This document shows, piece after piece, positions 51,461 to 63,344 of a stretch of DNA of 64,000 nt (position 1 is its first letter; every line of letters starts with the position of its first letter). Source of the stretch: Octopus sinensis (taxonomy: Eukaryota). The stretch covers positions 158,348,001 through 158,412,000 of the forward strand of contig NC_042999.1 of assembly GCF_006345805.1 (NCBI RefSeq). Reading direction: 5' to 3'. Under the pieces are notes generated by a model that ran no database searches, was not told the DNA's origin, and was given only the letters and a program-made list of their open reading frames with translations. A program made the translations under genes and the position numbers.

Positions 51461-52194
51461 ATATTGCAATATTCAAGAAACTATGTATACGCATGCACAT
51501 ATATGAATATATGAATACATATGCCTAAGAGTACATATAAATGGTTTATGTCTATCTATCTATCTATCTTTAACTACGCGCACGTACACACATTTTCAGC
51601 GCGCGCACATGTGTGCGTAATATCTAAGCATAGATTTTCTGTTTGTATACAACAATGTGCAGTGTACGATAGTCAGACATCTATTATACGCTTATATACA
51701 AATATATAAAAAAATGTCTGCGTATCATACTCAAAATATATACACCGCTCATAGCCAAGGCACTGCGCTATTCATCCGAGAAAAAACAAAAACACTTACT
51801 TTGTTCAAAACAAAATATACATATCGGAGTGAGACAAAAATCGTGCCACCAGATACATTTCGAATTTTCTTCAGCCTTTTCAATGACCTGTATTCTCAGC
51901 CACATGCCTAGACATATTTTGTTGTCTCCAAATGATTGATATGGTGAATACCCACCGGGTGGAAGAAGATTAAAGCTCCGTAGTACGCAGTTGAAGCAAC
52001 ATTAAACGAAATAGCCATATCTCTCTAATATACAATATATATATATATACACACAACTTATGCATAACAAAACTATTAAAATAAGAAAAGTACATATAAA
52101 TGACTGTGTGTGTCTGTGTGCGGTTGTTTGTTTGTGTAGGTATGTATGTACATACTCATAGAAGGATAGAAGGTGCACTTCAGATGTTTTCAGA

Positions 52195-52720
52195 CGTTTC
52201 CAGGAGAGACATTTACTAATTTGAAAGAAGTACAAATTTATATATTTCCTTCAAAGTAGGATCTTCGGACTACAATACTTTTGTTGTAGCGTTTCACCCA
52301 CTTCGTGAAGGTTCGATGGAAGACCTCCAAAATTAAGATTTCCTGGACTTTTGACATAGCATTTTTTTTTACTTTCTCAGTGTCTTCTAAACGACTGCCT
52401 CTGCAGTTCTCCTTCAGCTTGGGGAACGATCAAAAATCACAGGGAGCATGGCCTGAATAGTAAGGAGGGTGATGGGCACTTTCGATGCCCATCTCTGCCA
52501 CAAACGCGACATTCCTATTGTTCGCCATTGTGCACACTGAGAATGCACAAATTTTCCGCATGTTCAGATCCCATATGCTTATTGTCTTTATAGACACAAC
52601 GGTCTTCATCCAGAAAATTACGAATTTTCTCAACTGCCTCTGATGTTCTTATGTCCCTCTCCCTCACGTCCCTCACCATCTCTCACTCGTACGCTACCGT
52701 TCGTTCCTGAATTCTTTTGC
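52195..52720 (-). pseudogene. Internally deleted mariner transposase relic
   Basis: HPPYYSGHAPCDF (HPPYSPDLAPCDF-like) plus a C-terminal F..WVKRY.K...GSYFEG-like segment and HTH remnants. Confidence 0.7.
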
Positions 52721-53448
52721 GAGCGAAAAACAAATGCTAGTTCATTGAGTTTATCTATAAGCAGTCTGGGGCATTTCACAAGTTTCTTTAACGCTTTTAC
52801 CCCGTTTCACAGAAATCATTATTGCATAGTCAGCTTCCAAATTGTCCTCACGTTTAGATTACATTATGTAAACACCTTAATAAACACTGTAAAGTAGGAG
52901 TGTTTCCTTGGCTGTGTTCAAAGTCTGTTACAACCATCTTCTACATTCTGGAATAAAAATTGCCAGGTCAGCTTACTATATATATATGTATGTATATACT
53001 AGCGGGACCCTTGGAATTTGCACGAACCGATTAATAGAATATTCAGTAAATGATAAACTTTTCTATATATATGTATTTATGAATATAACGCATTGAAGAA
53101 AGGCGTAATTAAAATCTCTACATATATAATGGAATGAGATACTTAGGCAGCAAATACTAAAATTGCGTATATTTGCACTGTTCTATTTACAAATTCATAA
53201 CAACACAGAGATACGTGGGACTGTCCACCATGTGTGCACACATCGCCAATGCTAATCACTCCCGTGGTACTCCTCCTTCAAACATAGAGCCATGCCAGTT
53301 TCCTCCAATATGATTACAGAAAACGATAGACCTACATATGTACAAAACTATATAATATATGCAACACGTAGTTTCCCCTTTCGAAAGATATTCATTAAAT
53401 TTATTATATATATATATATATATATATAAATTCATGAATATCTATCTA

Positions 53449-53506
<58 letters not shown>

Positions 53507-53657
53507 ATCTATCTATCTATCTATATATATATATTATATAATAATACTATTATATATGTCTATATATATATAATAGTTTATATATATATATATAATGAAT
53601 ATCTATATAATATATTAGTTATATATATATATATATATATATAGTTTATATATATAT

Positions 53658-53820
53658 AAACTAACGACCCATACCAGTTCATCATCTTCTCCTTCCTTGT
53701 CTGTCTGCTCCATCACTTTAACCTTTAAATCTGAGTGTTTGCATCAGAGTAAAGGTTAAAGTAATGGAGACAGACAGACAAAGAAGGAGAAGATGATGAA
53801 CTGGTATGGGTCGTTAGTTT
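53658..53820. repeat. Foldback duplication (about 70-bp arms, 22-nt loop) of Helitron C-terminal coding sequence
   Basis: Arms at 53658-53727 and 53750-53820; one arm encodes KVKVMEQTDKEG on the minus strand. Confidence 0.88.
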
Positions 53821-53944
53821 ATATATATATAAGCTATATATATATATATACTACATATATATAGATATTCATTATATATAATAAAACTATATATATATAA
53901 TATATAATATATATAAACTATATATATATATATATATAGATAGG

Positions 53945-55800
53945 AGTATACCACTGCCGTGACAGAACACTGCCTGAGGTAAGAACAATCCATCTTCACA
54001 AATATCTGCCCTTGTGAGTTGTTAATAGACATGGTATATGACAAACGGACAGGAAACTGGGTTCCCTCCAAGGTAAATGGCAAGTTAGGGTTGCTTGGAG
54101 ACAGCTGTATTTTGGGGATGAGGACACGTCTTCGATTAGTGAGCCGCTAATCAACGAAGCCTCGACTGAACGTTGATGTATAGGCACCACCTTCAGTGTT
54201 GTACCATTGCAGTGTCCATTCTGGATAGAAATGTTACGAAGAAGCATTACTATTGAGGTGGGTTTTAAACTTATGAAGAGTCATTATTGTCGGTGTCAAA
54301 AAGTGTAGAAATTCAAGTGGATAAGCGCTCAGCCTCAGCAGAATCATCGGTCAAAACTTCATCTCTACTATAATAGGTGCGGTAGTAAATTGGAAGTTGT
54401 CTCAAAACTCCTTCATTGATCAGGAGGCAGTCCGAGTTCTTTGGCGAAAGAATTACTCTGCTTCTTCTCTCTTCCTCATATGTATTGTTGAAGATGTCAT
54501 CCACCAAAGCGCCTTCAACACATGAAATTCGAAGCACTTCTATGCCAGCAACAGCAAGATTAGGTTCTTGTGGAACTGCATATGTTCCATTGCCAAGATG
54601 CAAGAGTCATGCTGCAAGTTCCCTTTGATCTGCTGTTGTCCTGATGTTTTGGCTTAATCTGTATTGGATGCAGTTCAACCATAGGAGAATTTTTAATACA
54701 GATTTCACTAATTGCCTTACGTGTTCCTCTTGGCAATATGGGTAGGATTTTCCATAAGACACCCCCACCAAGAGCGCAACTTTACCACCAAAAACAGAAG
54801 CAATGCCAGTGATATCTCGCAAGGCTTTATCAATAGCAAGAAGAGCAAACGAAGGGATTATACAAGCTTCATCCAAGATTATTAAATCCAGGTTTCGTAA
54901 ATAATTTGCATGGTCTGAAGTGGCTGGTTCATTATAAATGCTGACCTCCGTGAGTGGGACAGACCACTTGAACAAACGATGGATAGTCTTTCTTCCTCAT
55001 AGTAGTGTAGAGGCAATGCCTGTCCAAGCACACGTTACAGTTGTTTCTTTGCAGATAAGAAATTATGGTATCAAACATATAAGTTTCACCACAACCGCCT
55101 GGTGCAGCTACATAGAAACAGGAGGGGTTAGGCACCTCACCTCTCCTCTTCTTACCTACAGATTCAAGAACAGCATTAGTCATCAGTCTCTGTTCATCTG
55201 TAAGTGTTGCAATGCCTGGGTGATCGAGGTCTTCATGATGGTCGAGCTGCGGTACTCTAATTGATTCAGGCAGCCCAATTGCTAAACAATTAATGCCATT
55301 CAAAATCAGAATTGCATAAATTGAGTGCAGTGCCATGTTTTCTGCGTATTCTGCATTAAAACCTTGGTGCAAATAAATTTCGATCATGGATACCTTGTGA
55401 TCCGTCCTCAGGTGAAGAGCATTTTCAGGGTTCATATACGTGCTCAGGGCAGCAAACATAACACGCAACTGTAAGGGCATCCGACAGGCAGCAGCTTCTA
55501 GCAATGCATGTCCCAGTGTGTCATCGTTTGAGAAGAGACCATATCTCAGGCATTCTGCCTTAAATAATGGTAGGATTTCTCCTTCAACAGTGCGCAAGTC
55601 CTGGAAGCTCACAGCGCCTGAAACATGTAGCAGCAACAGTCGAAAGGTAAATTTTTCTGTGTCTCTAGGTCTCACTGTATAAATTCTACTGATGGTATTA
55701 GTATTCCTTTGCCTTGGTGTCCATGTTCTAGTGCACTTGTTAAACACATAATGTAGTGGAATGCCAAGGTACAAGTGGTTCTTTGCATCATCATCATGCT
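53945..55800 (-). pseudogene. Helitron PIF1-family helicase, frameshifted
   Basis: VAAPGGCGETY (Walker A-like), LIILDEAC (Walker B), LSQNIR, ILSPKN, MLLRNI.I.NGHCNGT, QFPVRLSYTMSINNSQGQ, VFCHG. Confidence 0.92.
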
Positions 55801-56106
55801 CATACAGTTTGAACCATGCAGTGAGGGTAGTGTCACAGTCCCTCTATGCCTGAGCAGCTTCCTGAGCGCTGCCTCTGTGAAAGTAAACTCTTTGCTGGTC
55901 TTGAAAATGTACTGTAGACAGTGTGAGATGTGTCATGTAGCTTAAACTCTGACAGTCTCCACATAACTTCTGAAGGAGAAACATATTGGCAAGCAAGATA
56001 ATTAGTAATTTCATCGTGAGCTTGAATCTGCTCAAAATCTGTCCCTGGGTTATCTCTTACTTCAACAGAAACACAGTCATGTCCCTTGTACGCGTACTTG
56101 AAGATA

Positions 56107-56502
56107 TCTTTATATATAAAAGAGAGGTTGTGTGCTGTCTGTCTCCTACGATTTAGATTCCTAACTACTCCCACATTTTGCGGTGCAATTTAACCAAAAC
56201 CGGGTATCTTATAGTCGTGATTCATATCGAGCCCTTCTGGGTATTAGTGCGCGTCTACGATGAGTCTACGATTTAAAAAAAAATTACCATTAATTTTTCC
56301 CATTTTTTAATGCATTTTTGGCATATATAAGGGAAGTAACTCTCTAAAATTTATTATTAAATCTCAGAACGTAAAAAGCTACAGTAACACCCCCCCGTTT
56401 GTGGTTAGCCATATTGAGATGGCTATTATACTTTACATCTCCAAAAATGCTTATATAGTTATTTCCCTTACAAACCCGAGCAACGCCGGGCGATACTGCT
56501 AG
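56107..56502 (+). mobile_element. Non-autonomous Helitron, copy 3
   Basis: A|TCtttatatataaaagagagg...cccgagcaacgccgggcgatactgCTAG|T. Removing it restores the host reading frame with no TSD. Confidence 0.93.
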
Positions 56503-56623
56503 TATTTAATGTTTTTCACGGACGAATACATTTCTCAATGTTACGGCACAACGTTTCTGTTGTCAACTGAATGACGTCCATCTTGAACTGTGACTCCATT
56601 CAAATTCAGAAGCGCTTCATATA

Positions 56624-56852
56624 TGTACTCTCTTTTACTCTCTTTTACTCTCTTTTACTAGTTTCAGTCATTTGACTGCGGCCATGCTGGAGCACCGCCT
56701 TTTAATCGAGCAACTCGACCCCGGGACTTATTCTTTTGTAAGCCCAGTACTTATTCTATCGGTCTATTTTGCCGAACCGCTAAGTGACGGGGACATAAAC
56801 ACAACAGCATCGGTTGTCAAGCAATGCTAGGGGGACAAACACAGACACACAA

Positions 56853-56896
<44 letters not shown>

Positions 56897-57047
56897 GACA
56901 GGCCTCTTTCAGTTTCCGTCTATCAAATCCACTCACAAGGCTTTGGTCGGCTCGAGGCTATAGTAGAAGACACTTGCCCAAGATGCCACGCAGTGGGACT
57001 GAACCCGGAACCATGTGGTTGGTTAGCAAGCTACTTACCACACAGCC
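56624..57047 (-). mobile_element. SINE family A nested in the Helitron
   Basis: Reverse complement of the family A pattern with (AGAGTAAA)n-type tail. Confidence 0.92.
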
Positions 57048-57797
57048 TGTCTTGGGAATTTCTATTGACATGAGCTATTTGGCATGCGAGGTGAAGAAGG
57101 ATTATCTGTTCCGCAAGGACCATGTATTATGCATTTTGTTTTTACTAAATTATCAAAACTGGATCATCATTGGCATCAGGAATTTCAACTGTGACGATCC
57201 TATCTATGTCTTCGCCGTTTCTGAGTTTGTCCTCATTTCTCAACACTACCAAGATGTGGCAGTGGGAAAGACCTCTCTTTTGAAACTCAATGACATGGAC
57301 ATGAGCCACTGGTACTCCACAAATGTGTCTATCTTTTATGTCCCTCATAAGTTCTGCAAGGTGTGACTTGTACACTCGGGCAACTAGATCTGGCCTATTT
57401 TCAGGTGTCTCATTTTCCTGCAGATTATCAACAATCTCAAGGCGCTTCGGGTTGCAAGTGTAAGTGACGAACAAGTCTGGCTTAGCATATTTTGAAACAA
57501 TTGACAGGGCATCCTGAAAATATTGGTGCATATTCCTTGGACTGGCTGTGAATGAGGAAGGCAGTATCACTGGAAGTCCTGGTTTAATATTCTCATCTGC
57601 TCCTGTGTTCAAATAGTTCATCAATCCGTTGTGCATTTCCACTTGCAACTGGGTCTGATTGTTCCTAAGATATTACAATTTCAACCTTCAAACTTGAATT
57701 ATGTATCCACAACATATTGTTGAAATAATTTTCCAGTCCAGTGAAAAACACTAAACCCACCTCTGAATGCAAGACGATAGCTGTAGTATTCTTGCAT

Positions 57798-58041
57798 TAC
57801 TCTCTCTTTTACTCTTTTACTTGTTTCAGTCATTTGACTGTGGCCAAGCTGGAGCACCGGTTTTAGTCAATCAAATCGACCCCAGGACTTATTCTTTGTA
57901 AGCCTAGTACTTATTTTCTCTGTTCTTTTTTGCCGAACCGCTAACTTACGGGGAGGTAAACACACCAGCATCGGTTGTCAAGCGATGTTGGGGGACAAAC
58001 ACAGACACACAGACACGCACATACATACATAAATATATATA

Positions 58042-58092
<51 letters not shown>

Positions 58093-58284
58093 TATATATA
58101 ATATATATATATATATATACATATATACGACGGGCTTCTTTCAGTTTCCGTCTACCAAATCCACTCACATTGGTCGGCCTGATACTATAGTAGAAGACAC
58201 TTACCCAAGGTGCCACGCAGTGAAACTGAAACCAGAACCATGTGGTTCGTAAGCAAGCTACATACCACACAGCCACTCCTACGC
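57798..58284 (-). mobile_element. SINE family A nested in the Helitron
   Basis: Reverse complement of the family A pattern. Confidence 0.9.
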
Positions 58285-58455
58285 ATTGTCATACGATTAC
58301 GCAAACGTGTCCGGCATTCTTCGACAAGTTACATCTCACAATGCTATCTAAATTCTCCATGCAGAAACGGAATTGGGTAGCTCATAAGATACAAGTGGTA
58401 TGACGTGTAAGCTATTTTTTCAGGAGGAGAATTTCTAGGATACACAATAATGTCT

Positions 58456-59025
58456 CTACTTTTCAGGAGGGGCAGCATTTTCTCCAACAAACACTAGTGC
58501 TATTTCAGTGCTGGTGGGGAAATTGTAGCGCCTGATATCGGACCGTCTCCTGTAGCGTAACTCACATCTCCGTATTGGCACTTTGTCTCTTCTGGCTCTC
58601 TCCTCTTCTTGCTGTTCAACTGCATGCCTGTTCTTGTAAAATTCTGCATAAGGATAAAGTTGGTGGATAACATCTCGTATTTTTCTCATAGTAACAGGGG
58701 GACACTCATAATTTTGAGGCGCATCCATACTCTGCTGCAGAACTTCATCCACCTCAATGAGGTATAACTGGCCGGATTGATCATTAGCAGGATGCAGGTT
58801 TGTGGTCGTGTGGTAAGTTTGGTCCTGAATGCAGAGGCAATACAGACCCCTTCCTGGAGGTGCCGGTATTTTGCCTCCTAATGACGCAAACGAAAAGATA
58901 TAGTTATAATTTCTGACATTTCTACCGAATGAAACGGACTCTTGATCGTTTCCCTCAAAAAACTTTTTAGGGTCTCTGGATATTGTTGCAATGCAGGCAC
59001 GTTCACGTTTCCCTTTTAGCAGCAA
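58456..59025 (-). pseudogene. Helitron N-terminal region
   Basis: RNVRNYNYIFSFASLG...PGRGLYCLCIQDQTYH...GQLYLIE...RRYNFPTSTEIALVFVG, typical of the region upstream of Helitron Rep. Confidence 0.85.
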
Positions 59026-59283
59026 CTGTTATTTTCACTTCTAAACCTAAGCGCACAACAGTATTCACATATATCGTTCATTTCTCCTATCTTAATTGTT
59101 TAAATTCATTAACAATAGCTCTGTTCAGCACTGGCCTATGTCTGCTCACACGCTGTGGATGCATCTGATGCCTCCTTAAGTTGCCAATTTCACCAGCATT
59201 CATATTTTGAACTCTTTCTCGATATCTTCCCCCTTGGTTTTGCTAATAAATAACCCTGTAGTACTAATTCATGTTCTCTACTG

Positions 59284-59331
<48 letters not shown>

Positions 59332-59586
59332 CTACAAAATTAGAGAATGGAGAAACATACTTAAATCAATAAAACATCAACTATCCGATGATACCCAATC
59401 AATACTTTAATACACCATTACATATGAGTAAAGGCATTATACAAAATGAGATATACAGTAATAGTAAAAAGATAAAGAGATATAAGTAAAAAATTTCAAA
59501 TATAATATGCAATTAAATCAAAACTGACAGCTGTTTCGGCAGTGAGGGCAGTCATACCTCATTTAACCTCTAAGCCATATATATAT

Positions 59587-60407
59587 ATACTAAGTAATTA
59601 AGGGTTTAGCAACGAATTGCCTCACCAACACACCGAATTTAGAAATAGCAGTCAAAGAGATATAGCTATTCCTTCTACTAAAAGGGGGATCTCAGTAAAA
59701 ACACAGCACTTGAAAGGCAAACACAGACAGGTAAGAAAGAAAGAATGAAATGACGGCAATCCATCATACAATTTTAAGTTACCTACGGACGTACGTTTCG
59801 AAATCAAGTTTTAGGAAAGCGTAAGAATTAGAAAATTCTACCTTACCCAAACTTCTTTTCTCATCGGTGCAGGATACTACAATTATGAATAATTGTATAT
59901 TAAATTTTGAGATACTAGAAGGCATTATCTCAACTCAGTGTCAGAGCGAGCCAAAGCATGACCAGTACCACGAAATTCAAAGTGTGAATGAAAGTTTGTG
60001 TCACCAGCCCCCTTCCACCCGCGTGTAGCCAAGACAAGCTTTGGCTCGCTCTGACACTGAGTTGAGATAATGCCTTCTAGTATCTCAAAATTTAATATAC
60101 AATTATTCATAATTGTAGTATCCTGCGCCGATGAGAAAAGAAGTTTGGGTAAGGTAGAATTTTCTAATTCTTACGCTTTCCTAAAACTTGATTTCGAAAC
60201 GTACGTCCGTAGGTAACTTAAAATTGTATGATGGATTGCCGTCATTTCATTATTTCTTTCTTACCTGTCTGTGTTTGCCTTTCAAGTGCTGTGTTTTTAC
60301 TGAGATCCCCCTTTTAGTAGAAGGAATAGCTATATCTCTTTGACTGCTATTTCTAAATTCGGTGTGTTGGTGAGGCAATTCGTTGCTAAACCTTAATTAC
60401 TTAGTAT
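59587..60407. repeat. Large inverted repeat (about 370-bp arms, 80-nt spacer), Penelope-type
   Basis: Arms at 59587-59957 and 60038-60407; only about 3 differences found by eye. Confidence 0.95.
60122..60213 (+). ncRNA. Type I hammerhead-ribozyme fold with CCGAUGA core and long stem II (mirror copy on - at 59782-59873)
   Basis: cctgcg-CCGATGA-gaaa[about 55 nt self-pairing]tttc-GAAA-c gtac g-TC-cgtagg. Six-bp stem I, palindromic stem III ACGTACGT, GUC site at 60205-60207. Confidence 0.7.
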
Positions 60408-60509
60408 TACTTAAATTTTCCTCGAATGAGGCTTTTACATGCCGAAATCTACTTGGTGTAATGATAATTATTCTAAATTAATTAATTTCACCCTTATTGT
60501 TACTGATAA

Positions 60510-60564
<55 letters not shown>

Positions 60565-61703
60565 AATATGTATTATGCAATTATGCATACTATCAGATTT
60601 AATGATCCTTGATTATCAAGTCTAAATTATAGCGAGATCTTATACACGAGAAAAAAAAAAGTAAATTTATTTTTAATGTTCAGAAACGGAATACAAGAAG
60701 AGCAACAACTTATAATTTCGAATCCAAAAATGGATGTTTAGTCTCATCGGGCTGTGAAAGAAGTGTACGACATGAATCTCCAAACAGCTGCTTTGCTGTC
60801 CGGAAATTAATCTTTTATTACTTTCAGAATACTCGCACAAGAAATTTTTATGCTTAAAAAAATACAAGAATACTAATCAGATCAGTGACCTAAATCAATA
60901 TATCGGATTGATTGAATTAACATTTAAGCAGAAATACCCACAACAATGCAACCTCATTTAGAAATATTAGAAAATCGAAATATGCCAATGATTGCAAAAT
61001 ATATCTTAATGATAAGAAAGGAAAATTTAAACCCTGCATACGTGAAAGAAAATTCATAATCAGGTATGAAATCCCCCACCCCTGGGCCAAATTTTCCCTT
61101 GTGTTCCCTTTGCTTAACATACATTTATGTTTTAAATTTAGTTTCTAGTTTTTCTCAATATTCCCCGAATAATTCCAAAGCTTCCTGTTTTCTGGAATTT
61201 TCTCCTCCCTTCTCTCATCACTCTATCTTTTATTCCCTATCCTATTCCATTCTTGTTCTTTCTCTTTTCTCGCTGTCATCACATTAATATGTAATATTTA
61301 GTACACTAAATTGCGGATGTGTTTGTGATAGTGTGTGAATGCGTATGTGTAGACTCCATAACGTGACGAACCTTCTTCCAAAATACAAGTGTAAGGGAAA
61401 TAGCTCCCTCATCAATACAAGAATATATCCATTTTATCCCAGCTTCAATTTTCAGCTCGCAAAGTTTCACAAAGACACACAGACACACATAGACAGATAT
61501 TATTCTTAGCAAAGCATGGCTTAGTTGGCTGAAACTTCGAAGTCACTTGTTTAAACGTATATATAAATTTGTATTCTACAAAAGTATAGCCTCTAAGATT
61601 TTAACATTCTTCCCGAGTGTTTAAGTAATATGCATGCTTGTTGTTCCTTCACCTGTATTCGCCTTTTGTTTTCTGTAAATTGGAACTACACACACACACA
61701 CAC

Positions 61704-61732
<29 letters not shown>

Positions 61733-61735
<3 letters not shown>

Positions 61736-62412
61736 GTGCCCTATCAGTATTTGCAAAGGGAAGCTATCCTTCCCGTCTCCAACTTATGATACACACAGAC
61801 TCGAGTTTCTGGCTATTGACCCGTCATCGGCATGTGACAATCACAGTTGTCGATGAAAAGTAGGTTCCCTTCTTATCCCTTTTCCAGTATCGTAAAGTCA
61901 CTGATATCGAAAAAGTGTAAACAAGCAATAATAAATCTTAGAGCGAGTTATAAACAGTAGCTGCGACGCATCGTGACGTATATTTGCCATTTAAATATGG
62001 CTATCCCCTAAGGGTGGAAGCTACTGTAGTTTTTAGCCATATTTAAATGGCAAATATACGTCACGATGTGTTGCAGCTACTGTTTATAACTCGCTCTAAA
62101 ATTTATTATTGCTTGATTATACCTTTTCGATATCAGTGTCTTTACGATACTGGAAAAGGGATAAGTATTTGGGAACCTACTTTTCATCGCCAACTGTGAT
62201 TGTCACACGCCGATGACGGGTCAATAGCCAGAAACTCGAGTCCGTGTGTATCATAAGTTGAAGACGAGAAGGATGGCTTCCCTTTGCAAATACTGATAGG
62301 ACACATAAAGTGTTTCTAAAGCCAGCTGGAGGAGGTGTCCTCCTGGGGCTACAAACTACAATAGCATCCACCCTTAGGGGTTAGCCATATTTAAATGGCA
62401 AATATACGTCAC
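61733..62412. repeat. Inverted repeat (about 270-bp arms, 30-nt spacer) plus a permuted third segment giving a 348-nt direct-repeat period
   Basis: Arms at 61733-62003 and 62034-62307. tagccatatttaaatggcaaatatacgtcac recurs at 62034 and 62382. Confidence 0.92.
62204..62248 (+). ncRNA. Minimal type I hammerhead-ribozyme fold with CCGAUGA core (mirror copy on - at 61792-61836)
   Basis: cacacg-CCGATGA-cgggtcaatagcca-GAAA-c tcga g-TC-cgtgtg. Perfect 6-bp stem I, palindromic stem III ACTCGAGT, GUC site at 62240-62242. Confidence 0.72.
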
Positions 62413-62436
62413 TATATATATTTATATATATACATG

Positions 62437-62817
62437 GAAGCACTCCGTCGGTTACGACGACGAGGGTTCCGGTTGATCCGATCAACGGAACAGCCTGTTC
62501 GTGAAATTAACGTGTAAGTGGCTGAGCATTCCACAGACACGAGTACCCTTAACGTAGTTCTCGGGGACATTCAGCGTGACACAGAGAGTGACAAGGCCGG
62601 CCCTTTGAAATACAGGTACAACAGAAACAGGAAGTAAGAGTGAGAGAAAGTTGTGGTGAAAGAGTACAGCAGGGATCACCACCATCCCTGCCGGAGCCTC
62701 GTGGAGCTTTTAGGTGTTTTCGCTCAATAAACACTCACAACGCCCGGTCTGGGAATCGAAACCGCGATCCTACGACCGCGAGTCCGCTGCCCTAACCACT
62801 GGGCCATTGCGCCTCCA
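62437..62817 (-). mobile_element. tRNA-derived SINE family C (tail variant 3), full length
   Basis: Reverse complement of 38418-38800. Confidence 0.92.
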
Positions 62818-63344
62818 TATATACATACATGTATATTATATATCTATATACGTACACACACAGATACACACACACACACACACACAACACACACACACAC
62901 ACATATATATATATAAACAGAGTAGACAGATATCCAAACACACATAAAGACATGCATGCGTGTGTGAATGTTTGTGATTGTATACATACATACATAAATA
63001 CATTCATACATACATCATTTACTAACTTGCTCTTTCAAAATTTCTTCAATAGTATTCTCATGTTACTTTGATTCAAATTACGCCATCACCGTTCTAAGAC
63101 TTGTTTAACATTGAAGTCAACATTTTCAACGCGTCAAACAATTGTCCAAAACAAATTTTCTTTTTCTTTCCAACAAATGAATTATTGTAACGTTATTGCA
63201 TTATTAATTCTGTCAATTAACCCATGACCCTACAACTCACCAAATAACAATCAGCTGGTGTCAAATCTATTTGAATATCAGCGTATTTAAATGAGGAAAC
63301 TCCACAGCTACTCCACTTTCACAGATCCCCCCCATCCCCAAAAA

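Larger units (their letters stand above)
55850..57660 (-). pseudogene. Helitron Rep (HUH endonuclease) domain, split by a non-autonomous Helitron and a SINE
   Basis: PDLFVTYTCNP (motif 1), EFQKRGLSHCHIL (HUH motif 2), SVKNIKY|IFKYAYKGHD (motif 3, split at 56106/56503). Confidence 0.92.
52999..59250 (-). mobile_element. Decayed autonomous Helitron (Rep/helicase) with nested insertions
   Basis: 3' end ...gtgcaaattccaagggtcccgCTAG|T at 52999. Collinear N-terminal, Rep and PIF1-like helicase fragments. The 5' end was not resolved. Confidence 0.9.
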
